NCBI GenBank assembly: GCA_051362555.1
Contig: CM120641.1
Location: 38,322,401 to 38,386,400 of the forward strand
Origin: Lingula anatina
Lineage: Eukaryota > Animalia > Brachiopoda
DNA length: 64,000 nucleotides
Direction of reading: 5' to 3'
Position 1 is the first letter of the stretch. Each line of letters begins with the position of its first letter. Of this stretch, positions 30,691 through 42,779 are shown in pieces. The position numbers and the translations under genes are program-made. The notes beneath the pieces are model-generated. The model searched no databases, was not told the origin of the DNA, and was given only the letters and a program-made list of their open reading frames with translations.

Positions 30691-33600
30691 ATGATAGAAG
30701 GGCACAGTCCCGTATTTCAGGCCTTTATTGGCACCTTATTTACATGGGGACTTACCGCTGCTGGTGCTGGATTGGTGTTTATCTTCAGCAGTGGACAGGT
30801 GAGATAGACCAGAGGCCAAATTGTCCTTTGCAAGTCAAGTAGTTTCCGCTCTCCAGCCAGTTTCATGTGTTTTTACTGTACACGTTGAAATTAACAGGTG
30901 TTTGATATCCACTGGAAACGCTGTGACGGCCTGCGTCCCTATCCCAGACAGCCTCAGTGATTTGGCCCACGTCTGGCCCAGATCTGGCAACGTCTGGCAA
31001 TGTCTGGCAAAAGGTATGGCCCACGTATGGCTTGCCACATGTGGGCCAGATGTGGCAATGTTTGGGCCAGATCTGGCCCAGACATTGCCACATCTGGCCC
31101 AGTCCACATTTGCTCATATGGCCAGATGTCGGCCCAGATCTGGCAATATCTGGCAAATGTATGGCATGCCAGATGTGGGCCAGATCATATTCAAATGGGC
31201 CAGATTAGGGCCAGACATGGACCACATATGGCCCAGAATGTTTTTTTTTCTTTTTTTTTAATTATTTTTAATTATTCAATAAGATTACTATAAAAAAGAC
31301 ATACAAGATTCAAGATTCAAGTATTTATTCTGTGCTAAAACCCTAAACAAAATTATTACACATTATATAACCTTGCTGGCAACTAACATGTAACAAATTA
31401 AGGGTCACACCTGGTCTTTTTGTACAAAACAATGTATATTTGAAAAAAAAAAAAAAAAAAACTACACTGCAGAAAGGTAAATATACAGACACTTAACAGG
31501 AGGAAATGTCACCTACATACATGTAAAGAAAACAGTTATAACAACAATTTTTTTTCAACACAAAGCTGCTCATCGAATCTGAATTAACACAAATTACAAA
31601 AATTGTAATTAATTATGCATGTACATGGGGGAGGGGTTTGAGGGGGAAATATTTTTGCACACATTGTCATTTTTAAACTAATTCAAACATATCATTAATA
31701 ATAATAATCACTAATGAATAAAGTTTTGTAATGAATAAATCTTGAATAATGAATGAAAAAACATTGTTTTTTTAGATGATGGTGAGTTATAACAAAATTA
31801 TAAATAACCATGCAGTAACTGTTTCAATTCAATTTGCATGCTGGCTACAGTACTGTACATACATGTAAATTCTGAAAAAAAAAATATGTATACTCCAGCA
31901 CAGATATAGATGTACAATTAAAAGAGAATTACATTGCACAAAAACAAACCCCAGTATCAATGCTTTTGAATTAAATCACATCATGAATCAAATCACTCAA
32001 TGAATTGAACCAGTTTGCAATGTTTGCGCTTTTTTCAAATCCATAACACTAAGAAATGATACATCCGGCGCCTTGACAAGCTTATAATTATTAATGGAAT
32101 CAACAATATGGAACAAGTAACTCTACCAAGTTAACAACAGTTCATTCAAATGTCAAGTCAAAACACAACATCCCTTCCTTTCTTGGACAGAAACGGTCCT
32201 TTCAAAACATGTTTATTGACAGTTCAGTCTTTAAAATGTCCTTTCAAACATTTGCAGAATAGCATATGAACTCCAACTTTTATTCCTTAAACCACACTGA
32301 AAATTCTCAAAACTTATCAACTCATATCAAATCCCATGTCCTTTACCTACTACTGGTCTCTTCCTTTACGTCACATTCAAATGTTCCCTTCACTTTTAAA
32401 GGTTTCTCAGACGTGTATGAATAATACTGTTTGTTTTCTAGTCCTCCACAAGAGCCACATTTATTTTTCTTGGATTTCGGCATTCTCCATGTATTTTCAT
32501 CAATGATATTACAATATGCACCTGAATCTGGTAATACACTGAGATTAACACCGCCTCTATTTCCTCCATGTCTTCTGTGTATATTGCATTGGTTCCCACA
32601 CCAAATGTATATGCACTCCTGGATTATCATGTTCAAAGCTGTCATTTACATGAATAATAGTTTCAGTTTTGCAGACTTTTGCAAAGTGATCCAACGTTCC
32701 ATGTTTTCTCAGTCAGGGAGTTTCTACTTCGTTTTTCATGTCTAAACTCATAATGTTTAGACTGGCTTGGTTTGTCAAATGACTTCGGTTTCATCATACT
32801 CACAGTTTCTGGTGTTCCAATTTCATTCAAAGCGTTAACTGTCTAATGTATATTCATGTTTCTAACCTGTGTTTGGGAGAGTCCTGAAAATATCTTGTAC
32901 ACCTGTCCCTGCTGAATACAACATAAGCGCGCGTCTCCTCTGTCATGTATTTTTAATTTTCTATCTTTGTTCATTATTCATGCCGTCCGTTGGTTTTGAA
33001 AAGATCAATCTTTTCCGTCAGCGAAGAGGTTAAAACTTTTTAGCCATCGCGTCGAGCGTGACCCTATTGTCTCCGGACTTCTGTACGGTTCGAATTCCGT
33101 AATTTCACATTTTTCCTCCATTTTTTCAAAGAAAGTTGGCTCACAGTTTTGCACTAGTGTTAATCCTCGTCACCAGTGTTGATGCCTTCGAAATAAATCG
33201 CATCACGAATCAAATCACTCAACGAATTGTATCAGTTTGACACGCTTGTGCTTTTTTCATATCCATAACTCTATGAAACGCTACATCCGGGTCTTTGATC
33301 GGCTTAGCATAAAAAGCGGAATCTTACAACAGCGGAACGAGTAGTTCAAAAAAGTTTTAGAACAGTGAATTCATTCAAATGTCAAGTCAAATTAAACAAA
33401 TAGCACACTTATGAGGGGACTTTGAAGAAAAGAGAGAGAGATAAATTAAATCAAAATTTATCAAATGACGTCAGTTCAATGCATTCAGCTCACTGGTCAA
33501 TAAAAAATAAATAAATAGAAAATAAAAATTGAAAATGAAAGTACCATATCTGGCCCAAGTCTGGGCAGCATCTGGCAAAATGTGGCATAAATGCCAGACT

Positions 33601-36600
33601 TTGCCAGACTTGGCCCAGATCTGGCAAGTGTCTGGCAAAATGTGGCATAAATGCCAGACTTTGCCAGACTTGGCCCAGATCTGGCAAGTGTCTGGCAAAA
33701 TCTGGCCCAGATATTGCCAGACGTTGCCAGATCTGGGCCAGACGTGGGCCAGATTACTGAGGCTGTCTGGGATGGCACTTAGAACAAAATGGACAGTAGC
33801 TTTGAAGAGGCTGGCATAACTTGATCAAGTATACGACAACATATAGATATATAATTACAAAAGGGTCCACACATGATTTTTTTTCTAATTAAGCTAGAGA
33901 TTGGAAATTTCACACAGAGATAGCTGTACATCTGAGTAGGAATCAACCGTTTAAATTTTTGATCTATCTCATGTAGATCAAGAGGTATTCAAATTTTAGT
34001 GACGCCATGTCTGTCATTTTTTTTTTGCTATATTTTTAAAAATGAATCAAAAATTGCCCCACTTGATTTTCACCACCATGGGCATCCACAGAAAATTTTC
34101 CAAGGGGGAGGGGGGGAGGGGGGGGGTCAAAGTCATTGAAGGGGGAGATAATGATTGGCTGGGTACCTGTAATAAAAATGCAGTTCCAAAATTCCAGGGG
34201 GATTCAAGTGACCCCATTGACCCCCATGCAGACTCCCATGTTCACCAGCCCTAAATGATGTCATAGAAGCCTGAAATTTGCCACATAAGAAGTACAGGAG
34301 ATAGGCATGATAGCAGATTTTTAATTTTGATCTTAGTATTTTCCCAACCAGAGTAATGTATTTGTGAAGTGACAATTTGTGGCCATAGATGCTTGCAATG
34401 TGGGAAATACAAATTGATAAAGGTATCTTCCAAAGTGTAGGCAGAAGAGGTTGCCCTCCTGTCTAACATATTGGTTGAATTGTGAACCAGAGAAGGGGGA
34501 TAAAAAATTACCAAAAATATGTTGCCAAATTTAGCCATTTAAGAACTTGTTCTAATACATGGCATATATACTTCTGATATGATCTTGCTGCCCTTTCCAG
34601 ACTTTTAGAAAAATTCTCACAGGTCCCTGCATACCAAATGAAGCTTAAATATACTATCATCTTTTTTCAGATTGCCAGCCATAATATTACAAACTTGAAA
34701 GGCAATGTTGTTTGTTAAAAAAATGTTTTACAGATTAAGAAACCACTGAAAGTTATTAGACCTAGTCCTACTTATTTGCTTTTGATACATATTTTTAGAG
34801 AAAAGTTCTTGATGGAAGTTTGGGCTTCGCTGCTGGGGTAAGACAACATATCATCTGATCATAGATTTAGTCTTTACAGTATCTTTGTTTTCTCATTGTT
34901 TTGCACCTCTCTCTCTTTCTCTCTTTCTCTCTTTCTCTCTCTCTCTCTCTCATCACCTAATTGAATAATTTGTTATATTGTGGTCACGTTAAACAGCCTA
35001 TTTATTTCCCCCAAACATCTTGTCAAACACAGTTTGTATTATTATTATATCATTGTTGGATGCCCATTGTTATCATATATCAATAAGGATACTTTATTCA
35101 ATTACAGGTTATGACTGCAGCATCCTACTGGTCATTGTTGGCACCAGCTATTGAGATGGCTCAAGACTCTGGCCAGTATGGAGAGAAGGGAGAGTGGGCA
35201 TTTGTACCAGTGGCTATTGGCTTTATATTAGGAGCAGCTTTTGTATATTATGCAGATCTTCTTATGCCCTATTTGGTGAGAACAGGAGCTTTATGTTTTT
35301 TCTACCTTTTTTTAAATTTGAATCTTAATCAAATTTTAGTTTAATGTCCAATCAAATTAAATGTCTCTCTGAATGATAGCTTACACACCAGTTGAATACA
35401 ATAACATTGTGTTTTGTTTGTGTCTATTTTATTCTCTTTTTTTTCTCTCAGGGTGTGGAATCTCCTAACATAGCCCTAGCTCTTGCCAGTGGACCAAAGT
35501 TCAGGAAAGATGATGAAGAAGCTGTGGAACCAGAGCAAAATAACACTGAGCTTTATCAGTTTAAAGGTGATAAAATGTTCACTTCATTCATGTTAACATC
35601 CAGAGAATATGACACTAAGACTGGGTTTCCATACCTAGATTGATCTAACAGGATCAATCCATCTCCAAGGTGTTTCTCGCTAAAATGCTTTCAGCTTAAG
35701 TGGCTAAGATGTCTGGCACACCTACTGAAGCTGCTAAATGATAGTTAATTACCCCCTTACAGCTTCAGTAGGCATGCCAGACATCTATGCTGCTTAAGTT
35801 GATTGCAATTCAGCAAGAATCTCCTTGGAGATAGATCAATCCACAGTTAGTACAATAGGGTCTGGGAATGGTCCCTAAATTAGTTGTATATATTGTTACA
35901 TTTGTTTTGTTCAGAAAGGAAGTATTAGCAATGCTATTGATATTCTCAATGGTGTCTCAAGGACTGTCTGATTATCATATTCATATAATTAGTTTTATGG
36001 GCAAAAGAAATAATTACACTTCATTTCTACAAATCTTAAGTAATGACTGCTGGTTTAGACATTTTTAATCTGATAAAAGGTAATTTTTGATATTTTTACT
36101 GGTTATCGATGATGGTATAGGTATATTGATCTTTTTGGCCATTTGTTTTGTTTAAAGTAAACATTAAACACTCATAATCAACAGATGATAATTTTTGTTG
36201 AAATATTGATACTACTTTTCAATTACTACTATCCAAATAATTATAGATTTTTTATTGGGAAGTTTGTTGAGAATTAAAGCATAGCTTCAAAATTTACTTT
36301 TCTCAGCCTGCTTCTATCTGCAGAAAGATAAGATTATAACCAATACCATTTTTTCCATGAAAAGAAAAATGAATAAGAAATTAAAAAGGTAGTAGACAAA
36401 AAGACATATTTGAAAACTTTAACAATGCTGTAAGAATTATTTTATGGTCAAATTAGAATCACAGCTTTCAAAGAATATTTCTTTGGCAGAAATGGCCAAT
36501 GTGAAGTATTTTATATTTTGCCGTATCCAGATGGCGCTGGTGATCTCAGGAAGCCCACCCCATCTTACCAAAGACGAAAAAGACCAACTGAAGATGGCTT

Positions 36601-38908
36601 CACTAATAGTATAAGTGACAACAGCAGTAAAGAGGGCGATGTCCAACAGACCATCAACTGGAAGAGAATAATGCTGCTGATCATTGCAATTACTGTTCAC
36701 AACATTCCAGGTATCATATGTTTGGAGCCATCGACATTTGCCCAAGTAAAACAGTATTTGGTTGGATTGTTAAAATTTCGTTTTCATTAACAGTTTGTTA
36801 TTTAGGATCTATTAAATTGCCCAAGACTGCAAAATAAAGTATCTCGAATTTATTTGAAATATGTCTTGTTAAAAAAACTAACTTTAAAAAAGAGATGGTA
36901 GTTTGACTTTGGACATACGAAACAAAATAATAAACAGAGAACAACATCAAGCAGTTCACAAATTAATTAGCTTTTAAAGTTATTAAAAATATGTACATGT
37001 AGTTAATCCTGAGATTAATCATATTGTTTATATAATGTTAATTTATATTTTTTTGGGCATATACAACAGTCATTGGATTGGTTTTTCTTACAGAGGGTCT
37101 AGCCGTTGGGGTTGGATTTGGTGCAATAGGAAAAACTAAATCTGCTACTTTTGAAAATGCGAGGTGATTTGGATTGTTTTTATTACTCATCAGTCTGTTT
37201 TACCTATGCATGAAATCTGAACAGTTTTCTCATGCATTTTGGCATATCTGCTGTAGAAAAGACAATATGGATGAATTCTGACCATCTCAATTGATGCTTT
37301 TCTGTATATGCCTAACATTTAGTTTTCCATCAGACATACGATGGAAACACAGTTGTTTTCTTAATAATTTTAATGTTTTTAAGCTAATTTTCTAAGACTA
37401 TAATTCAGTTCTATTCAGTGCGCAATGTTACATTTTTGTGATTTTATGTTTTGACTACAAATGCAGTGGAATTTTTTGGCAATGTTTGCTTTTCATATTG
37501 AAATGTCTGTTATTATGTGCATATTTTGTATAATTAGATGAAGTTGTTACATAATATTTTTTAAATTAATATTTCCAGGAATCTTGCTATAGGCATTGGA
37601 ATACAGAATTTTCCAGAAGGACTGGCGGTCAGTCTTCCACTAAGAGGATCAGGGTTTTCAACATTTAAGAGTTTTTGGTAAAATTCAATTTTCAATTAGC
37701 CTTTACCAGAGAAAAATGTCAAAATTTTTTTTATTATTAGTGAGACAAAAAAGTAGCTCTTGGGCCTGAAAGAAGAATTTGGGTTTTAACATTAGTGTGA
37801 CATTTTTGATGTCAAAAAGACTTGTAAACCACATCAAGATAAACAATATTTGTATGTCTGTATCGTCATGAGTAGTGCAGACTTCAGATGAGCCTAGTAT
37901 ACACATGCATGTTGAACCATTAATATATTTTGTAGTTAGAAAATTAGGTTTACATCAAAGATTTATTCACTTAAGCAGTGACATAAAAAAAGAATCACAA
38001 AGTTTATGAAAGGCAAAGAATGAAAATTAAAGCCTTTGATGCTCTGAAAAAGAGACTCATTTCTCTGTCTTTTGGTTGATTCAGGTGGGGTCAGTTAAGT
38101 GGCATGGTGGAGCCTATAGCTGGGGTGTTAGGTGCTTTGGCTGTTGGAATAGCTGAACCAATCCTTCCTTACGCACTGGCGTTTGCTGCAGGGGCCATGA
38201 TTTATGTGGTGGCAGATGATATCATTCCAGAGGCACAAACATGGTGAGTATTTGGCCCTCTCCTCCACCCCTACACACACATATACATACACTCACACTA
38301 GAAAACTTACAGTTAATTTATCCTGATTTCAATTACTATATCTGGATTTTTTAAAACATTTAAGCAATTACGCAAATTGAATTTAATCTTGTGAGTATCA
38401 ATTCAAATATTCAATAATAGTTCATAAGCATTTTGTTTAATGGGCAGTTTTTCAGATTTTGTTGTATCTCATTATTTGTTTATTTTGAATTTTTGATCTC
38501 AGTTTACTTTATGATCTCAGTTTACTTTTCAATGGGCAAAATTATCAAATTTGCTACGACTCAGTAGGAATGTTCTAATTTTAAGAAATTATTACTTAAA
38601 AGATACAGATTCTGTAAAATTCGCAATTTTCCCCTATTGAAAAGAACCGAGTAATTACCGTACTCTGAGAGTGGGGTTAGAATCAGTGTGGTTCAAGTAT
38701 GTCCACTTAAAGATATTGTAACCCTTCATTATCATCCAGATACCGAAAATGAGGTTTTTCCTGCATCTAATTATTCAATTATACCTTTATCTTCGTGCTG
38801 ATTTAAAACAATAAAAAATATTATTGCAGTGGTAATGGGAAGCTGGCTTCCTGTGGAGTTATCATAGGCTTTGTAGTGATGATGGCATTGGATGTAGGAC
38901 TTGGGTAG
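30691..38908 (+). CDS. SLC39A11: Zinc transporter ZIP11 (GufA-type ZIP), 338 aa
   Basis: Exons 30691-30798, 34799-34837, 35108-35275, 35452-35566, 36531-36710, 37094-37163, 37579-37677, 38085-38243, 38830-38908 (1017 nt). [87 protein letters not shown]. Confidence 0.97.
30943..33771. mobile_element. CACTA/EnSpm-like non-autonomous DNA transposon (2.8 kb) in ZIP11 intron 1
   Basis: Ends CCCAGACAGC...GCTGTCTGGG, ~65-bp TIR with ~3 mismatches, AT on both flanks (2-bp TSD). Subterminal arrays of ~11-bp units (TCTGGCCCAGA / TCTGGCAA) at 30960-31235 and 33545-33760. No transposase. Confidence 0.85.
31955..33398 (-). mobile_element. Decayed, internally deleted Gypsy (Mag-like) LTR retrotransposon nested in the CACTA-like element
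   Basis: Two ~215-bp LTRs (31955-32170, 33177-33398). PBS TGGTGACGAGGAT (33175-33163) is complementary, with one mismatch, to the tRNA-Ser(GCU) 3' end. PPT GAAAGGAAGGGA abuts 32170. gag remnants [25 protein letters not shown] and [22 protein letters not shown]; protease-like [12 protein letters not shown]. No RT or integrase. Confidence 0.8.
34077..34240. mobile_element. Small hAT-like MITE
   Basis: Imperfect TIRs CATGGGCATCCACA / TGCAGACTCCCATG and an 8-bp TSD TTCACCAC / TTCACCAG. Confidence 0.6.
35625..35869. mobile_element. Foldback MITE (~245 bp, imperfect inverted arms ~110 bp) in ZIP11 intron 4
   Basis: Left arm ...ATCTCCAAGG...CTTAAG...AGATGTCTGGCACACCTACTGAAGCTG mirrors right arm CAGCTTCAGTAGGCATGCCAGACATCT...CTTAAG...CCTTGGAGAT. 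Confidence 0.7.
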
Positions 38909-41900
38909 CTTAGATCATAACACTATTAGGGTAGGTATAATGGATTTATTTATTTATTTATTTTTATTTATGTATTAATTTTAATTTACTTTATTTTATT
39001 TTTCATTAAAAATCTTTTAGAAATGAAAGTATCCAAAAGATATATATTCTTTGGAAAATGCTATTATTGATAGATTTTGATTTGTTTGTTTTGGTATTTG
39101 TATTCTTCCACATGATATGGATCCAATAATACTAATAGAAAACATAATTATAAGTCACCTGCATCGGTCAATATTATGATTATCTATGACATGTAAAACT
39201 TTTTATAAGGTCTTAGTTCAACTTTGTTTCAGTTAAACTTAATATGTGTAAACCATTAATATGTGTAAATATAAATTATTGATTGATTGAATTTTCATAG
39301 AATGACATGCAAAAGATAAAAACGCATCCTCTCAGAAATTTGAAAATCTACCCCTTTTAATTCCTGTTATGTGTTTCATTTGTGCAGTTCAAGTTGTAAA
39401 TTGGCATGGGAGGAAAAGGTGAATGAAGTCTACAATTTATTGTTTGAAATGAAAGAAATTTCATTATTGTAACAGTGGTGGCTTTTACTTTGACTTGTCT
39501 GTTAACCATTTTATTATATACTAGTATTCATTGATGGAAAACATGATAATAATGAAGTTTTTAAAAATAGCATTATATTTATAAACATTGATAAACAAAC
39601 AAGAAATGTCATAAATTCTTCTCCTTACACAATAGGATGGCGGTAGTTAACCCATCTTTTCATTGGTTGGGGATGGCTAATCTCTCCGTTTCGCCCCATT
39701 GCTTTGTAATAAGTTACATTGTAATGTTTGTTATCTCCCAAATTTATATTTTCCCCAATTCATTTGAACTTGAGCAATTATTATCCCAGAGCCTATCTTT
39801 TCTAACTCTAGCCAACTCAACACAGAATAAAATATCAGAAACCAAAATTAACTGAAGCCATTCATGTATTGTAATTCTACCAGCAAGCCAACATTTCAGC
39901 ATTGCTCTTGTAACAATTACCATGTTGATGTATGCACTTTAAAGCATTGGGGGTAAATCATTTATGGAAATATTCTTTGACACATATTTATGTTTATGTA
40001 TTCAAATGTTGTTCAAAAATTGTTCTCCTGAGGTCCCAACAGACAGAAGGAAAAGAAAAAAATGTTCTTTAAATTAATCCATAGTTCCTCAGATAACAAA
40101 AACTATTATGTGAGTGTTTAATTTATTGACTTAAGCTCTGCTTTAAGCATATTTGTGCAATAATAATGATGTATTTTTAATCTTTTACATGAACTTAAAC
40201 TACCTCCTTTTCTTTCTGGGTTTTAAGACTTTCTATTAAACAGAATACAATCAGTTAAGGTCGGATGTCTTGTTTTACAATATTTAAATACTGGCATAGA
40301 GGTGTTTTCTTTTACCCTGTCTTTACTTGTTCTTTACCTATAATTGTGCTATGATAGAAATTTGCAGATGACACAACCTTGTGGGGCAATCCACTAATAA
40401 TGATGAAAGGGCATACAGAAAATCTGTTGTATCTATGCAGTCATCTTAATGGTACTAAAACCAAGAAAATGATTGTAGAATTTAGAAGGAATCTATCAAT
40501 ATGTAAAAACGCCACTGATATTGAAAATGCTGGAATAAAAACTGTGAAGAGTGGAAACAAGTTACAGAAGACTTAACTTTTTAAAGGAATTAGACTGTAT
40601 CCAAATAGTTTTTATTTGCACGCAATAACCAATATTAATTTGGCTTTTGAAGCTAATTTGTGATTGATAAGATTACTTTTGCTATGCTAAACTATTAATT
40701 TATTGCTCTTAGCACAGTTCCAAAAAGGAAATGATTTTTCACACAAATATTTTATATATAACAATTTATTGAATAGATTCTTATTTTACCTTATCTAAAG
40801 TGATTGATATATAGCAAAAGGTACATCTCATTGTGTTAGTTGTTACCAGTGAAATATGGATGGTTTTGGATTGATTAAGCATACATTAGTTAAGGCATGT
40901 TGTTGCCTCATGGTTTCTAGGAAATCAGCATGATTTTTGTTGGCTTGCTCAAAGGGCTGCAGCTAAAAGTAAAACTTTGGTTTTGTAGTGGGTGTCAGCC
41001 TAAGTGTGGGTTAGCTGAACAATTTCTCCAGGAAATGCATGTGGTTTGAGTGGGAAGTGACCCACAAGTCATTACATCAATCTAATTTGTCCTAAAATTT
41101 CTAGGAAGGTACTGTGGTTTGAGTGGGATTGCCTTGAGGTCTGTAAACCTAGTATTTTTTTTCCTTCTAAAAGCACATATTTCTGAGTTATTATTTTGCT
41201 ATCTTGTGTGGTTGATGAATTTGATATCCATCTGAATAAACTGGGACATATCTGAAAGTGTTTTCTGTAGCTTTCGGTAAGTTAGTTTACAGTATAGGTG
41301 TACTGCAAATTTATAATCCATGTTAATATTATGTATGATGCAGCTTTTGTATATATGTGTAGGTTGAATAAATAGATAAGTTGTAGAATAGTAGCATTTA
41401 TGATAAAAAAAGCATAGTTGCTGGTGGTGTTGAAAAATAGATAAATTCAGAAAATACCATAAATATTGCAGGATATAATTGTCTTGTAGGTGCTAAAAAT
41501 AAGAAGTCAAAATTTAAACCCATCTAAATATTTTCTACAAATTCTTAGATTTTTTATATTATAGATAGAAACCCAAGCATTTAATTAACGTTAAATATTA
41601 ATTATATTAGTAATTGTATTTTTAATTTTGACTCTGTGATTGAGAAAATACTGAAACTTTCAGGGCTTATGCATATGCTGGTTAAAATTTTTTATTATAA
41701 TATACATTCAACATGAGACTAACTAATGTATTGTCTTGACCACCTTAAGTTATTGTCTTGGCAAGTTCATATTAAGGTACTCTGTTAGAATTGTAAATGA
41801 ATCACTTAAAATACAAGTGCAAGTTTTTTTACTGTCATTTTCATATTGTAATATTGTGTTTTATATTGATATATGGGTTACATCAATCAACTTGGTTATT

Positions 41901-42748
41901 AATGAAGGTACATAAGCATGTCATTATTAAAAAGCAGAGTTACAGATAAAAAAGATTATGCTGGCATTAAATATTTCCCACTGAACAATTTGAAATAAAG
42001 TCCTAGCTAAATAGACACTCTTATTACAAGTATAGATATTCATGTAGTTAACTAATGGTTCTCTAACAAGAAAATTGGATGAAAAGTAGAAACACTAACT
42101 TTGAAAATAAGAAGTGAATAATAGAATAACTCAAATAAAATATATACACTTTGAACTTTTGGCCCATATTCCCTGTTCTATATGCAGGTCACAAGGCAGC
42201 AATGATTTTTCTAAAGAGGTGTTCACAACGGGAAAAGCTTAGAACTGCAGTGCACCAATTATCCTATGATAACCACATTGCTAAAGATGGCACTGACTGA
42301 ACATTCTAAGGTGTGAGGGGATAACTGTGTGATTTGAGAGATGTTTTGTTAGTCCAAGCCAGTTCATTTGCAGCTAAAGAAATAGTTATGCCAATCGGTC
42401 TATTTTGGGTTTAAGTTAGTTCAGGTGTAAACATGCCTGAGTGCATGAAGCATGACCAGGCATAGCATTCCTGGCCTCCTTGTACCTGTTCAGTGACATA
42501 GATCAAAGCAGGCTCAAATGTCATTTGATCTTTATCTTCTTAGTTCAGCGTTGTGTAGAGAATGTTTTGGGTGAAGGATTTGGAGGGGTGGTCTAGTCTC
42601 TGTGAAGACCCTTCTTAATTTATCATTAATTACCAATTTTTTTCTTTTGTCAAAGAGCATAATAATAATAAAGAAATTTAGCATTGGTAGAGAGTAATAT
42701 GGTTTGAGGCTCATGTCCTAAGGAGGTGTGTGTGTGTGTGTGTGTATG

Positions 42749-42779
<31 letters not shown>

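Noticed and set aside
30960-31235. CRISPR-like appearance of short regularly spaced repeats
   Set aside because: No unique spacers and no cas genes; eukaryotic intron context; mirrored at the other end of a TIR element.
30821-31293. Overlapping ORFs on both strands rich in WPD/ARSG/CQTL repeats (also 33471-33819 and 4675-4881)
   Set aside because: They are translations of transposon subterminal ~11-bp repeats, which lack stops by composition.
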